A stretch of DNA of 64,000 nt. Origin: Cyanophora paradoxa CCMP329. Its lineage: Eukaryota > Plantae > Glaucophyta. The notes under the pieces were generated by a model. That model was not told the DNA's origin, ran no database searches, and saw only the letters and a list, made by a program, of their open reading frames with translations. Below are positions 1-13,500 of this stretch, one piece after another (position 1 is the stretch's first letter; every line of letters begins with the position of its first letter). The translations under genes and the position numbers were made by a program. The stretch is from positions 372,001-436,000 of the forward strand of contig QPMI01000470.1 of the NCBI GenBank assembly GCA_004431415.1, in the 5' to 3' direction.

Positions 1-117
1 CCATACCCGCCCCCGTCCGCCTTCCCTCTACCCGGGCCGCCGGCCTCGCACTCGTGCGCGAAGCCCTTCTACGTACCCCTCCCGCTCGTTCTCTCCAAGC
101 TGAAGCGTACCCCGCAG

Positions 118-3100
118 ATGGTTCTCTTCTCTGTGGGTATCATGTTCAATCTGGGCCCCGTCCCGCTCGGCTCGGGCCCGCTTCTCCCGCACGAAACCTC
201 CTCGGCCCTCTCAACGGTCATATCGGCCCCGCCGGCCCTCAACCCGGCGACCGGGTCGGCCCTGTGCGTAGTCTTACCCCGTCTGTTCGCCCACGGCTTC
301 TTTCTCACGCTTCTGCTTCGCTCTGCGTAGGGTCAGGAGAGGTCGCGTCCTTCAGTCCTTCACAGAAAACCAGACGGCGGACCTGGCAACGATAACGAGC
401 TTAGAGCCCGTCACCGGAGTCACGCCGCGTCACCACAACGAAGGAGGGTACGACGAGACGGGCGTCCAGGCGCGGCCGGAGGGCGGAGTCGCGAGGAGGC
501 GCGCCGGCGCGGTCGGCGAGAGCGGGCTGCAGGCGCGCGCGGACGGGAGCGTGGCGCCGCAGCACGGCATCGTCAGCGGCGGCGGTGCGGCCGGCGAGAG
601 CGGGCTGCAGGCGCGCGCGGACGGGAGCGTGGCGCCGCAGCACGGCATCGTCAGCGGCGGCGCGGCCGGCGAGAGCGGGCTGCAGGCGCGCGCGGACGGG
701 AGCGTGGCGCCGCAGCACGGCATCGTCAGCGGCGGCGCGGCCGGCAAGAGCGGGCTGCAGGCGCGCGCGGACGGGAGCGTGGCCCCGCAGCACGGCATCG
801 TCAGCGGCGGCGCGGCCGGCGAGAGCGGGCTGCAGGCGCGCGCGGACGGGAGCGTGGCGCCGCAACACGGCATCGTCAGCGGCGGCGCGGCCGGCGAGAG
901 CGGGCTGCAGGCGCGCGCGGACGGGAGCGTGGCGCCGCAACACGGCATCGTCAGCGGCAGCGGCGCGGCCGGCGAGAGCGGGCTGCAGGCGCGCGCGGAC
1001 GGGAGCGTGGCGCCGCAACACGGCATCGTCAGCGGCAGCGGCGCGGCCGGCGAGAGCGGGCTGCAGGCGCGCGCGGACGGGAGCGTGGCGCCGCAGCACG
1101 GCATCGTCAGCGGCGGCGCGGCCGGCGAGAGCGGGCTGCAGGCGCGCGCGGACGGGAGCGTGGCCCCGCAGCACGGCATCGTCAGCGGCAGCGGCGCGGC
1201 CGGCGAGAGCGGGCTGCAGGCGCGCGCGGACGGGAGCGTGGCGCCGCAGCAAGGCATCGTCAGCGGCAGCGGCGCGGCCGGCGAGAGCGGGCTGCAGGCG
1301 CGCGCGGACGGGAGTGTGGCGCCGCAGCACGGCATCGTCAGCGGCAGCGGCGCGGCCGGCGAGAGCGGGCTGCAGGCGCGTGCGGACGGGAGCGTGGCGC
1401 CGCAGCACGGCATCGTCAGCGGCAGCGGCGCGGCCGGCGAGAGCGGGCTGCAGGCGCGCGGCGACGGGAGCGTGGCGCCGCAGCACGGCATCGTCAGCGG
1501 CAGCGGCGCGGCCGGCGAGAGCGGGCTGCAGGCGCGCGCGGACGGGAGCGTGGCGCCGCAGCACGGCATCGTCAGCGGCAGCGGCGCGGCCGGCGAGAGC
1601 GGGCTGCAGGCGCGCGCGGACGGGAGCGTGGCCCCGCAGCACGGCATCGTCAGCGGCGGCGCGGCCGGCGAGAGCGGGCTGCAGGCGCGCGCGGACGGGA
1701 GCGTGGCGCCGCAACACGGCATCGTCAGCGGCAGCGGCGTGGCCAGCGAGAGCGGGCTGCAGCCACGCGCGGACGGGAGCGTGGCGCCGCAGCACGGGCT
1801 CGTCTCCGAGGCCCCTGCGTCGTCCGAGCCCGAGAAGGCGCTGGATCGAATTCTTGGCGTCGTGGCTCCCGTCGAGAACGAGGACGACGGCGCCGGCGCG
1901 TCGGCCCTCCCCGGGGGCGATGCCGATGGCCTCCCCCGCCTCTCCAACTCCTCGTCCTCCTCCGCCTCGCCGCCCTTGCCCCTGGTCTCCGAGCGGGGCC
2001 TGGTCCAGGCTACACGGGGCGGGCCGGAGGGCCCCAGCGTCCAGGACGAGCAGCGGCTGGCCGTCGCCAGGTCCGTGTACCTAAAGTTTTTACTAGTCTA
2101 CATAGGCTTAGCCCCCTCCTCTGCCTCCCCTGGCTTAGGCTCCCCTGCCTCGCTGGCTTAGGCTCCCCTTCCCCGCGGCTCCTCTCTTCCTGGGCGTAGC
2201 TTCCTCCTCTACCTAACTTAGCCGCCTCTGCCTCACGCTTTGATTCCCCCTCCTTGACGCCCCCCCTCCCCCCGGCAGGCTGCTCTCGCTGGTGCTGGGC
2301 GGGACGGCGGCGGGGCGGACGACGGAGCGGGCGGCGCGCGAGTCGATCGCCTCGATCGCGCGGGCGCTCGGCATCCTCTCCGCCTCGCCCCCCGGCGGCG
2401 CCCGGGACCTCCGGTGAGACCCAGAGATTCAGCGAGCTGCTGGAGATCTAATCTAGCCCAAAGACCCCGTCCTAGCTGTCTTCCGCTCTCCTCTGTCTTC
2501 CCTCCTCGCCCCCTCTCACCTAGCTGCCTTTTCACTTCGGCCCTCCACTGTCTCACTCACCCGTCGCGCGCGCCAGGGCGCTGGTCCGTGTGCTGGGCGT
2601 CCTCTCGCGACCCGACTGGCCCGTCTCCGAGATCGCCGCCACCGCCCGCCGTCTCGGCCTCGTCCGCAACACCGGTGCGCGCCTCTACCTCGCTCTCGCC
2701 ACATCAGGTTTAAGACAAGGTTGCATCAGTCAGTCTACATAGCGTGCTCGCTTGATCCTCCTCCTCCTCCTCACCGCCCCCCGCCACCACCCCCGCCCTC
2801 TATCTGTCCCCTCACCGCCGCCCGCAGGCTCGCCGCTGGACGAGGTGCGGGCGGTGGCGCGCGTCCTGGCGCTTGTCTCGGCCACCGGCGAGCGCTACTC
2901 CGAGCTCGCCGAGCTCGCCCTCCAGGTCCGTATAGACTTCTGTACATTCTCCTATAACTACGCCCCCCCCTCCACCTATACATTCTCCGCCTCCACCTCA
3001 CCCGCCCCGCCCCTCCCCCGCAGCTTGGCCTGGTGGCGCCGAGCGTGGCGGGGGAGCCGGCGCCGGACTGGGAGTGGGAGGAGCTCAAGGGCGTCGCCCG

Positions 3101-5447
3101 ACTCGTCTGCCTCGTCCTCCGCTCGGGTGAGGAGGGGGCGGGGGGTTAGGGGGGGGGGTGTAGGGGGAGGGGTAGAGGGGGTGGGGGGGGGGAGGGGCTG
3201 TTGCCTTCAGGATCCATCTATCCGTCTATCCATCGGTCTGTCCGTCTCACCTCCCGGCGCCCGCGCAGGGCGGACCCTGGACGACCTCGCCGCCGCCGCG
3301 CGCCCGCACGCCCGTGGCGCCGCCGTCTGGCGGTCCGAACCCGCCCGCCCCCCTCCCCATAAGAATAAGACTTCCCCTGTTCTTCCCTAACCAACCCGCG
3401 GCAGGTCGCCGCCCTCCCCCTCCGCCTCGTCGCCCGACGAGGCGGCGGCGCGCCTCCTCGGGCTCGTCTCGCCGCTCGCCAGCAGCGAGGGCGCCCTCCT
3501 CCGCATGGACGGCATCGCCTGGTGCGAATTAAGATGCGACGATAATAAAGACGATAGAATGAATTAGATTTAGCGATAACAAAGATGATAGAATCTCTTA
3601 GCACTAACTAGCATGGACCTCTTAGAGTGATCGGACAAAGATAGAATTTAATGGTCCGCATGGTCCGCCCCGCCCGCCCCTCTTCCCCTTTCGCATCTAA
3701 TCTAATCTTTCGCTTCGCTTCCAACGTTTGTCCCCTTCCCGCCCGCCCTTAGCACTAACTAGCATGGACCTCTTAGCATGGACGGCATCGCCTGGCCCGC
3801 CCCGCCCCGAACGCCCCTCCCCTCTCGCATCCGCCCGCCCGCCCGCCCGCCCCTTCCACTTGGGATAGAAGGATAGACGACTGTTGCGGGAAGATCTAAC
3901 AAGGTCGCGCAAATCGTGTGGCCAATAATAATATATGTCGCATCGAATGACGACACATCAAATGAATCACGCATCAACTTTCGCTGCTAACGTTTGTCCC
4001 CTTCCCTTCGCCTTTCCCGCCGCAGGCACGCCGACATCCCCGCCGAGTCGCCGGCGGGGGTGCCCCGGGGCGGCGGCGGGGCCGGCGGGGCGCGCGTGGG
4101 TGGCGGCGGCGACCTACCGCCCCTCCCCGTCTGGGCCGAGGACGCCGACGGCTCCGAGAAGTGCGCCGCTGCTCAGCGCGGCGGCCAGCTAGCTCAGAGC
4201 TTTCTTAGCTGTCTTAGCTTTCTTAGCTCCCCTAGCTCGCCTCCAACTGAACTCGCCTCCCGCTTCGCGCAGGCTGGTGGTGGCGGATCTGACGGCGAGC
4301 GAGGCGGAGGCGATCGTGGCGCAGATCCGCGCCGCCGACGCCGGCGACCCCGAGCGCGCCGTGCGCCCCGGGGCCCCTTTCTAGCTGCTCGGATCCATTA
4401 TCCACAAGCCATATCCATAAGCCATAAGCCTCGGCTCCCGAGCGCGCCGTGCGCATCCGCCCCCGCACCCGCACCTCGGACCCCGGGGCCCCGGACCCAT
4501 AAGCCAGAAGCCATAAGCCGTAAGCCGTAAGCCCCGGGACCCCACACCCGGGACCCAATTCAGCTGCTCGGGCCTATAAGCCATAAGCCGTAAGCCGGAG
4601 CATTCCGGGGCCCCAATCAAGCTGCTCGGACCCGGGCTCAGGCTCCCCGCACCCCGCGCCCAGACCCATAAGCGATAAGCCATACGTTTTAAGCCTCGGC
4701 TCCCGAGCGCGCCGTCTGCCAGCTCCCTCCCCCGCGCCGGCCTCCGCCTTGGGGACCCTATCTAGCTGGCTCCCCGCTCGGACCCCGCGCCCGCGCCCAA
4801 GACCCGGGCTCAAGGCTCAAGCCCAAGCCCTTCCGCTCGTCCGCAGGGCCAGGAGGCGTCGTACATCTTCTGCACGCGGGCGCACGCCGTCCGCCCGCCC
4901 GGCGCCGCCCGCGCCCTCCGCCCCTCCTTCGGTCCGCCCCCGCCCCGCCCCGCCTCTTTCATGCCTCTTTAAGGTTTCGCATAAGCATTTTAGCTTCTCG
5001 GACCGCCCCGCCCCGCCCCACAAAGAAGGGCTCTTCTAGCTTTGGGGAGGAGGCTTAAGCTTCTGTTCTGAAGTTTCTTTGATTTGTGCTCACCCTTCGG
5101 TCGGTCCGCGTGTCGCAGAGCGGGAGCGGGTCGTGTCGCTCCTGATCCCCGCGCGGGCGCTGGCGCACGCGGGCGGTGGTGGTGGTGGCGGCGGGGGCCC
5201 CAAGCTGCGCGGGGCGGCCGCCCGCAACGGAACGGCCGTCGTCGAGGTACGCATTTCATAGAAGCATTTCATAGAAGCATTTCATAGGAGCAGAATAAGA
5301 CTTAACGCATTCTAAGAGCACCGAAGTGATAAGAATCCGCATTCTCCGCATTCCTAACGGGGGCGGCCCCGCGCCTTGCAGATCCGGTGCCCGCACGTGG
5401 AGGCGGGCCACTACGTCTTCACCAACGGGACGTCCCCCGAGGAGTGA
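118..5447 (+). CDS. Multi-exon hypothetical protein containing a 25/26-aa tandem repeat; may begin upstream of the window
   Basis: Exons join at GT-AG sites: MVLFSVGIMF... | VRRGRVLQSF...(repeat)...RLAVAR | LLSLVLGG... | ...IRCPHVEAGHYVFTNGTSPEE*, with TGA at 5445-5447. One internal junction (near 2414-2577) was not resolved. No recognisable domain. Confidence 0.5.
513..1806 (+). repeat. Coding minisatellite, about 17 copies of a 75/78-bp unit (VAPQHGIVSG[S]GAAGESGLQARADGS)
   Basis: The repeat is directly visible. Units differ only by a 3-bp indel and rare substitutions. Confidence 0.95.
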
Positions 5448-7584
5448 GCGGCCGGGCAAGTGAAGAGCAGGCGTATGCGCAGCGGCAGCAGCGAGGGCCG
5501 GCCGGGCCCCTTGGTCATGGCTGCTCCGTGCGTGCGCCTCCAGGGCCGGACTGAGAGTGCAGGCAGGGCTCCAGCCCCTTGGCTAGGCCTAGGGCTTCCC
5601 CGCCGTACGCCGCGCCGCCTCCTCCTCCTCCTCCTGTACAGTAAGCGAGCGGGCGGAGCGGACACCCTGGCGCTCCGCTAGCTTCGAGAAATCCGGACGG
5701 ACGAACGTTCTTCTTCTTCGAATTCGAATTCTTTCCATTTCAAGGTTGCCCCTTAAGCTTTTTCAGTCAGGCACTATAGCTAAATGTAGCGGTAGATGCA
5801 TGCGAGCGGTAGCGCAGGCGCAGGCAGGTAATTGTCGCAGTGCACGAGGCGACGATCGCTCCTCCGATGTGTAATGTTTGAAGCAAGCAAAGCATGAATG
5901 AACCAATTTTGAGGATTCAATCGCTGTTACATATGTTCGAGAAAGAGTGGAAAGCTTGGGCACGAAAAGGAGAGGGGGGTACCCCGGTAAACTCGCGACG
6001 GCGGCGGCGTTGGGCCGACGGCTCCGACGGGGGAGGGGGAGGGGGGGGGGGGGTCGGCGGGTACCGACGGGGTGCTCTCGGAGCCGGAGCGGGCCCTCCA
6101 TCTCTGTCCGAAGGGGAGCGCGTAGGGGGGGGGATGGGGGTGGAGCGGGGGGAAAAGAGCGGATGGGGAAGGGGGATAAGCCCGCGAGAGGAGAGGCGCC
6201 GAGGGGGGGGGGGGGGGAGGGAGGAAGGGGAGGCCCGAGGGGAGGGGGGAGAAGGAGGGGGGGAGAGGGGGGCGGGCGGACGGGTGGGTACCGAAGGGGT
6301 GCTCTCGGAGCCGGAGCGGGCCCTCCGCCTCTGTCCTGTCCGAAGGGGTACGCGTCGGAAGGCCGAATGCGGGGGAAGGGCGAAAGGCGAAGGGGTGGGT
6401 ATAGGGGTACTGTACCAAGGGCAGAGGGCAGCGCGCCGCGGCCGAGGGCAGCAGGGCCGAAAGGGGGCCGGGGGCAGCGCGAGGCGCCGGGGTACGCAAC
6501 GGGGCAGATCCCTCCCCAGGGGAAGCTGGGGGGGTACGAGCTCAGAAAGAAAATGGCGGAGAGAAGGCGAACGAGAGGCGTACCCGGCGACGACGGAGTG
6601 CAGCGGGGGAGGGTCCGGCGAGGCCCCGAGGAAGCCGTTGCGCGCCCCAGCGGAGCCCCAACGCCCCCGGCCGCCCCTGAGCGCGCGGGCGCCCTGCGCG
6701 AGACCGCCGGAGTCGAGCTGCGGGGGCGGGCTGAAGAGAGCAGCCGGGCCGAGGCGCATGCTCGTGAACGCTCGACGGGGCGCGGGCGGGCGCCGTGCGG
6801 GCGCTCAGCGGAGACGAGGGCGCGCGCGGCGCGCGCCGCAGCTGCAGATCTCCTCGGCAGAAACGAGCCGCAGATCTAGATGAGCCGATTTCAGCAATGC
6901 AGATAGCCGCAGAGTCGCCCACCGCGCATATATGCATGCTCCATCGATTGCGGGAAGCTCATATGGCGGGTGGAGAGGGCGTGGCGGGCGCTGATCGGAT
7001 GCTCGCTGGCCGCAGCCTGGCCCGCAGGGCGCAGCGAAGCGCGGAATGGCTAAAGCTTCGATTCGCTCGCGCGATCGGTTCTGGCTCCTGGCTCCTACGA
7101 TCGGTTCGAGCACGGCCGATCTGAACGTTAAGCTCGCCGGCCCGGGTTCTTCCGAGTCAAGTTCCGACCTCGCCCGATCGCGAGCCATGAGCACGCTGAG
7201 CAAGGGCTCCGCGGTCGGGCGTTCCCCGGCGAATCCCCGATGAATTGGGGGCGCAATCGCTCTGCGTACGCATACGTATACCCGCCGTATTACCCGGCGG
7301 CCAACAACCCGGTCCACGAGTCCACGTACGCGTCGACTCCACGCGTACGCACGACTCCCGGTCCACGAGCAGCTCGAAGCAGCTCGCGGCAATAGCATTG
7401 GCATCGTGCAGAAGGGCAGGGTTCCCTTTTGGAAGTAATCGCTGGGCGTAGCTATAGGCGCCGGCGCGACGAGCGGCTCCAGTGACCAGTCCGGTCATCG
7501 GCGGGTTCCTGTACGTTTCGGAGCACCAGTGCCTGCTTTAGAGTGCGTTGAAGAGCTCTGCCAGCACTTCGGAGTCGGTGGACG

Positions 7585-10500
7585 ATGGGCTGCAAGTCCG
7601 GCAAGCACAAGCGCGATTCGCGGCCAGCCGCAGCTTCCGGGCCATCGAGGACAGCCGAGGTCAATGTAGTCCTCGGAACAGAACGCCCTGCAGCTTCGCG
7701 TGCTGCGGGGCCTACGGCCGGGACGTACGCGCAGGACGTCGACCCGAGACCTAGGCCTGCAGCTGCCCAGCTGCAAGCCCCTGCGCAGAATGCCCAGCTC
7801 GTCCCAACCGGCGACGCGTACGGGGCCGCTCCGAGGCCGCAGCCGTCCTCAGCTGTGGGGTCCTCGTTGCCCAAGCGCTACGACCTGTTCATCTCGCACA
7901 AGCAGTCCAGCGCGACGCACCTCGCGCGCGCCGTCAAGACGATGGTGCATCTCTCTGTGCGCGTGCCCGTTCGTTGTCGATCTGACTGACGGATCCGCGC
8001 AGGCCGAGAAGCTCGCCCTCGAGCGCGGCATCAAGATCAGCATCTTCCTCGACCGGGACGATCTGAACGACATCCAGGACCTCAGCGCCAACATCCGAGC
8101 CTCCGGCGCCGTACTTTTGTTCCTCACAAACGGTGCGCGGAATAGCCCGACGTCGACCTAGCGAGCCCGCTCCTGGCTGTCTTTAGCTCTACCTTCCTGG
8201 CTCCTGCAATTGCAAGAGGTACCGGTCTACCTTAGCCTAGGTTACTCGAAATCAATATCGGCTGCAGCTGGTTCTGGTTTATGCATAACAGATCTGACCG
8301 AATGGCCTTGGCCGCGCAGACGTGTTCAAGAGCAAGTTTGTCCTGCAGGAGCTCAACGCCGCCGTCTCAGCTGGCGTCAACGTCGTGCCCCTGTGGTGCG
8401 CTCGCGGCTTTTCTCGCGCTGTCTCTCGTCCGACGAGGCGCGTCCTGCGTGCAGGGACCGCGAGCCGCCGAACGGCATCCCCCAGTTCCCCTCGCGTTCG
8501 TTCTCGTGCCTCCCTCTGAACCTTGTTACTCGCGCTGACTTTCGTCGCACGCGCGTCTTCTGCAGCCGCCACAGTCGAGCTCCCGTCGCCGGCGGAGCTC
8601 GCGGGCGTGGGCCTGGACGTGCCCTCGGCCCGCGCCCTGCTCGAACGCGTCCTGAAGATCAAGGCGGACACGTACCAACCCGACGGCGAGGCGCACGTCA
8701 TCTGCATCGCGAACGTGCTCGCCCGGTGCGGCATCGACGTGCGGAGCGCCACGGGCCCCATCGCCCAGGTGCCCATCGTCGCTACTTCACGGGCGATTCG
8801 CCGGCTCACCTTTGAATGCAGTACGCCCGAAGCTGGCTGGAGTCGGAGACGCTGGCGAAGGACCTCGAGCTGTACGTGCCGCCGAAGGCGACGACGGACC
8901 CGGCGCGGACGAACGTCGTCGACCTGTTCGAGCACGCGTCGCAGTTCCTCCGCCGCTTCTCCCCGGCCTCGGCCTCCGCCGCGGGAGAGCAATTGCAAGG
9001 GCCGCGCGTGCTGCTGCTCTTGGGCGACCCGGGCTCCAGCAAGTCGACCTTCCTCTCGTTCCTCCACCGCGAGGCCTGCCGCCAGCTCGCCGTGCAGCGA
9101 TCGGCGCCCGTGCCGGTCACCTGTCTGGTTCGGCTGCCGAACGTGGGCAGGGACAACGCCCGCTGCGGCCTGCGCAAGTACGTGGCGGACGAGCTGGGCG
9201 TCAAGCCCAGCGAGCTCCCCGCCCTGCACAAAGAGTGCGCCGTTATTATAACGTCATCTCTGCGGTCTTAAACGGCTCTCTCAGGCGCGGGCTGGTGCTG
9301 CTTCTGGACGCGTACGACGAGCTGAACGAGGCCGCGAACCTCTGGGTCACCAACGAGATCGGGGACTGGGCCTCGGCCGCGATCGTCACGTGCCGCTCCT
9401 CGCACACCGCCCTCCTCACGAACTACAGGGTGCGCCTCTTTCGGCGCCAGCGCTACGTATGCACTGCACTCGAATCGTCATCGAATTCGTTCGATGCAGG
9501 AGTGTTTCGCAAGTGCTTCTGGTCTTGTGGAGCTCTGTACGCACACTTTCGGCCGAGATCAGGTTCTTTTCACGAGGCTCTTCGCATTTTATTCTTATTT
9601 CATGACTTGCAATCGCCTGCACAGGTTCTGGATTACCTCCAGCAGTACGTCAGGCTCCACGGGCGGAGCGACGGCTCCCCGTGGGGCGCGGACGAGTATA
9701 TGCGCTGCATCGAATCCACGCCGGGGGCGTCGAAGCTGGTGCAGAACCCGTTCACACTCAGGTTTTCCCGCCACAAGTTCGCCCTCATCATAACTCCTAA
9801 CAAGCGTTATTCGCGATCGTCAGCATGGTTGCCCGAGTGCTGCCACAGATTGCGAGCGACCGACGGTGAGTTCAACTATTTTTATCGTTGCTCGCTCATT
9901 CCCCATGGGCCAGTTTCGAAATTGATGTCGCTCCTCGCAGCACCAAAGCGACTGCTCCACGCAAGGGCAATCCATCCAAGAACTCGAAGACAGATCTAGA
10001 CCTGGTGTCGGTGCTGGAGCTGTACGTCTACTTTGTCAAGGTGGCTTCGTGGTCTAGCGTGGCAGCCAAAACAGTGCACACGTCTGACTGTGCTGAGAGC
10101 AGGATTGGTTCGAGCGCCAGTGGAAGAAGCTCCTCCTGTCTCGCGGCAGCTCCCCTTGGCCGAAAGCAGCAGGTGACCATGGGTTTATTGACGCGCCGCT
10201 TTCGTTCTGCAGCTGCCGCTCAGCGCCTGTGGCGCAGAGCGGTGGGAGCTGCGCAACTTCCAGTCCTATGCGGAGGACTTCTGCCGCGAGCTCGCTGAGA
10301 ACATGTACAGCGTGCGTCATGCCAAGCTTACAGAAACTTCGACTTCAAACAATTTATTTGCGCTGTTGCGTGAAATCAGGCGGCAATCTCTTCTGTTACC
10401 TGCCAGCTTGCAAAATCGAACGAGGAGATGGGAGTTAGGCGCCCGCGGCCCCCGGCTGGCGCGCTGCCCGCAGCTGCAGCCGGCCCCACTCCGGTGCCTG

Positions 10501-13500
10501 CATCAGAGGCGCGCTGTGTTGAGCTTCTGATGACAGAGGAGCCCCTCGACAAGCTTGCACGCGACTCATCCCCGCTCCGTTTCGCGCCGGCCAACGACGT
10601 CCACAAATCCGTGCACGTTCGATTCCTGCACAAGGCGCGTTTCGCCATGACAACGCTGCCGTGCGATGATTGTTTAATCATGCTTTGGTTGGCAGACGCT
10701 CCTGGAGTACTTTGTAGCGGACGGGGACTTCGCCAAGTTCGACGCCGTCAGTCTTTTGCCCTTCACTAGTACTGGCACTGTTAGTTTCTGAAACGAATTC
10801 TGAATCGTTCGCGAAATTGGCGTCCGCAGATGACGTCCTCCCAACCCGATCCCGTCGCACGGACGCGATCGGACGCGAACGCCCTCCAGACCGAGAGCAC
10901 ATTGCACGCTCGGTGAGTGCTGGCTACGAGACTTTGAGAATCGAATCGCACATCCTCTGAGATGAACTGTTTGTGTGTGAGTTTCGCAGGCTTCTCGTTG
11001 GCGAGCCAAGCATCCTTCGTTTCCATGCCGACCGGAGTCGAGCAGATGCAGACTATCGAAGCGTACTCGCGTTTCTTTGACGCTGACACGATTTGACATC
11101 CGATCTTAATGAATTGCGCAGCATCTGCTGCGGCTGCTTTCGAAGAGCCGTCGGAAGGACGCGGTCGAGGCGGACATTACGGCGGCAGCCAACGCCATCA
11201 CGATCCTCAATTATGGTGACATCCGATGTCTTGCATGTCAATGCAAGGCAAGAGCAACTCACGCCCTGCAGCGGGGTACTCCTTTGCGTGCAGTTACCTG
11301 CGGGGCATCCGTGTGGCAGGGGCGGACCTGCAGCGCCTCGAGGCGTCGGGGGCAGACCTGCGGGGGGCTGACCTGTCGGGCTGCGCCCTGGACGGCGTCA
11401 ACCTGCGGGGGGCGAACCTGCGCGGGGCGCGCCTCGATGCGTGCAAGGTAACCCTCAGGCCCGCACTGCGATGGCTCGAAGAAGGATTCAGCTCACTGGC
11501 CATCAGCCGAGTGCGAGCTTTCCCGATGCAGCTTAAGATCGATCATGGAGATCAGCATGCGCTGACAGGGGCCGCAGGACGGGCTCCACATCGTCTCGGG
11601 CAGCCGAGATGGGACAGTGCGGATGTGGGACGTGGAGACGGGGTCGGAGCTGCGGCGCCTGGAGGGGCATTTGGATAAGGTCACCTCGGTCGCCGTGTCT
11701 CCGGTGCGCCTTGCTATCGCTGAGGCGAGGGCCTAGACTGGGCGGGGAGCAGCGTCGGCGCCCCTTGTTCCGTCGAGAGGCGCTCGGCGGGAAGCTCTTG
11801 CTTCAGGCTCTGGGGGGCGCGCTGACGGGGGTGCCTGCTGGGGCCACAGGACGGGCGCCGCATTTTCTTGGGCAGTGAAGATAAGACAGTGCGGGTGTGG
11901 GATGCGGAGACGGGGTCCGAGCTGCGGCGCATGGAGGGACATGCGGGCCCGGTCAACTCGGTCGCCGTGTTTCCGGTGCGCCTTGCTGTTGCTGGGCCGC
12001 TGTTGCTCCGGACTCAAAAGAGTGCGGGCTGACGGGGGTGCCTGCCGGAGCTCCAGGATGGGCGCCTTATCATCTCTAGCCGCGGAGGTTTCGTCTCGTG
12101 CAGTGACGATAAGACTGTGCGGGTGTGGGACGCGGAGACGGGGTCGGAGCTGAGACGCCTGGAGGGTCATTCGGATAAGGTCATCTCTGTCGCCGTGTCT
12201 CCGGTGCGCCTTGCTGTCGCTGGGGCGAGGGCCTATGCTGGACGGGGCCGGGTCCGGGGCGCCTCCTGCTCTGTGGAGAAGCGCTGGGCGAGAGCTCTTG
12301 CTTCAGGCTCTGGGGGGCGCGCTGACAGGGTTGCCCGCCGGGGCTGCAGGACGGGCGCCACATCGTCTCAGGCAGCTTTGATGGGACGGTGCGGGTGTGG
12401 GACGTGGAGACGGGGTCGGAGCTGCGGCGCATGGAGGGGCGCTCGGGTCAGGTCTTCTCGGTCGCTGTGTCTCCGGTGCGCCTTTCTGTTGCTGAAGCGA
12501 GGGCCTAGGCTGGGCGGAATCGGGGCCGCAGTGCCCCTCGCTGTTTCGAGAGGCGCTGGGCGGGAAGCTCTTGCTCCGGGATCCGGGGTGCGCCCTGACT
12601 TATGGTCCTGCCGGGGCTGCAGGACGGGCGCCGCATCGTCGCGGGCTGCTGGGATAAGATGGTGCGGGTGTGGGACACGGAGACGGGGTTGGAGATGCGG
12701 CGCCTGGAGGGGCACTCGAAGTATGTGGCATCGGTCGCCGTGTCTCCGGTGCGCCTTGCTGTCGCCAAGGCGAGGGGCTAGGCTGGGTTGGGCGGGGGCC
12801 GCGGCGACCCTTTCTCTGTCGAGAGAAGCTAGGCGGGAAGCTCCTGCTCGAGGCTCAGAATGCGTGCTCAGGGGGGTGCCCGCCGGTGCCACAGGATGGG
12901 CGCCGCATCGTCTCGTGCAGCTCGGATAAGACGGTGCGGGTTTGGGACGTGGAGACGGGGTCGGAGCTGCGTCGCCTGGAGGGGCACTCGGGTCTCGTCC
13001 ATGAGGTTGCCGTGTCTCCGGTGCGCCTTGCTATTGCTGAGCCGGGGGCCTAAGCTGGGCGGGGCGGAGACCGCGGTGCCCCTCGCTCTGTAGAGAGGCG
13101 CTGGGAAGGAAGCTCTTACTCGGTACCTGGGGGAGCAGGCTGACGGGGGTGTTTGCCGGTGCTGCAGGACGGGCGCCACATTGTCTCAAAGTGCTCGGAT
13201 AAAATGGTGCGGGTGTGGGACGCGGAGACGGGGTCGGAGCTGAGACGCCTGGAGGGGCATTCGGATAAGGTCAACTCAGTCGCCATGTCTCCGGTGCGCC
13301 TAGCTGACAAGTTGCTGTCGCTGAGGCGAGGGCCTAGACTGGGCGGGGAGCTTCCACGGCACCCCTCGCTCCGTCGAGAGGCGCTGGGCGGGAAGCTCTT
13401 GCTCTGGGCTCTGGGGGGCGTGCTGACGGGGTTGCCTGCCGGGGCCGCAGGACGGGCGCTGCATTGTCTCAGGCAGTGAAGATAAGACGGTGCGGGTGTG

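Noticed and set aside
401-2084. Overlapping 460-505 aa ORFs in three other frames
   Set aside because: They are shadows of a GC-rich repeat whose unit is a multiple of 3. Only the frame starting at 551 connects to flanking exons.
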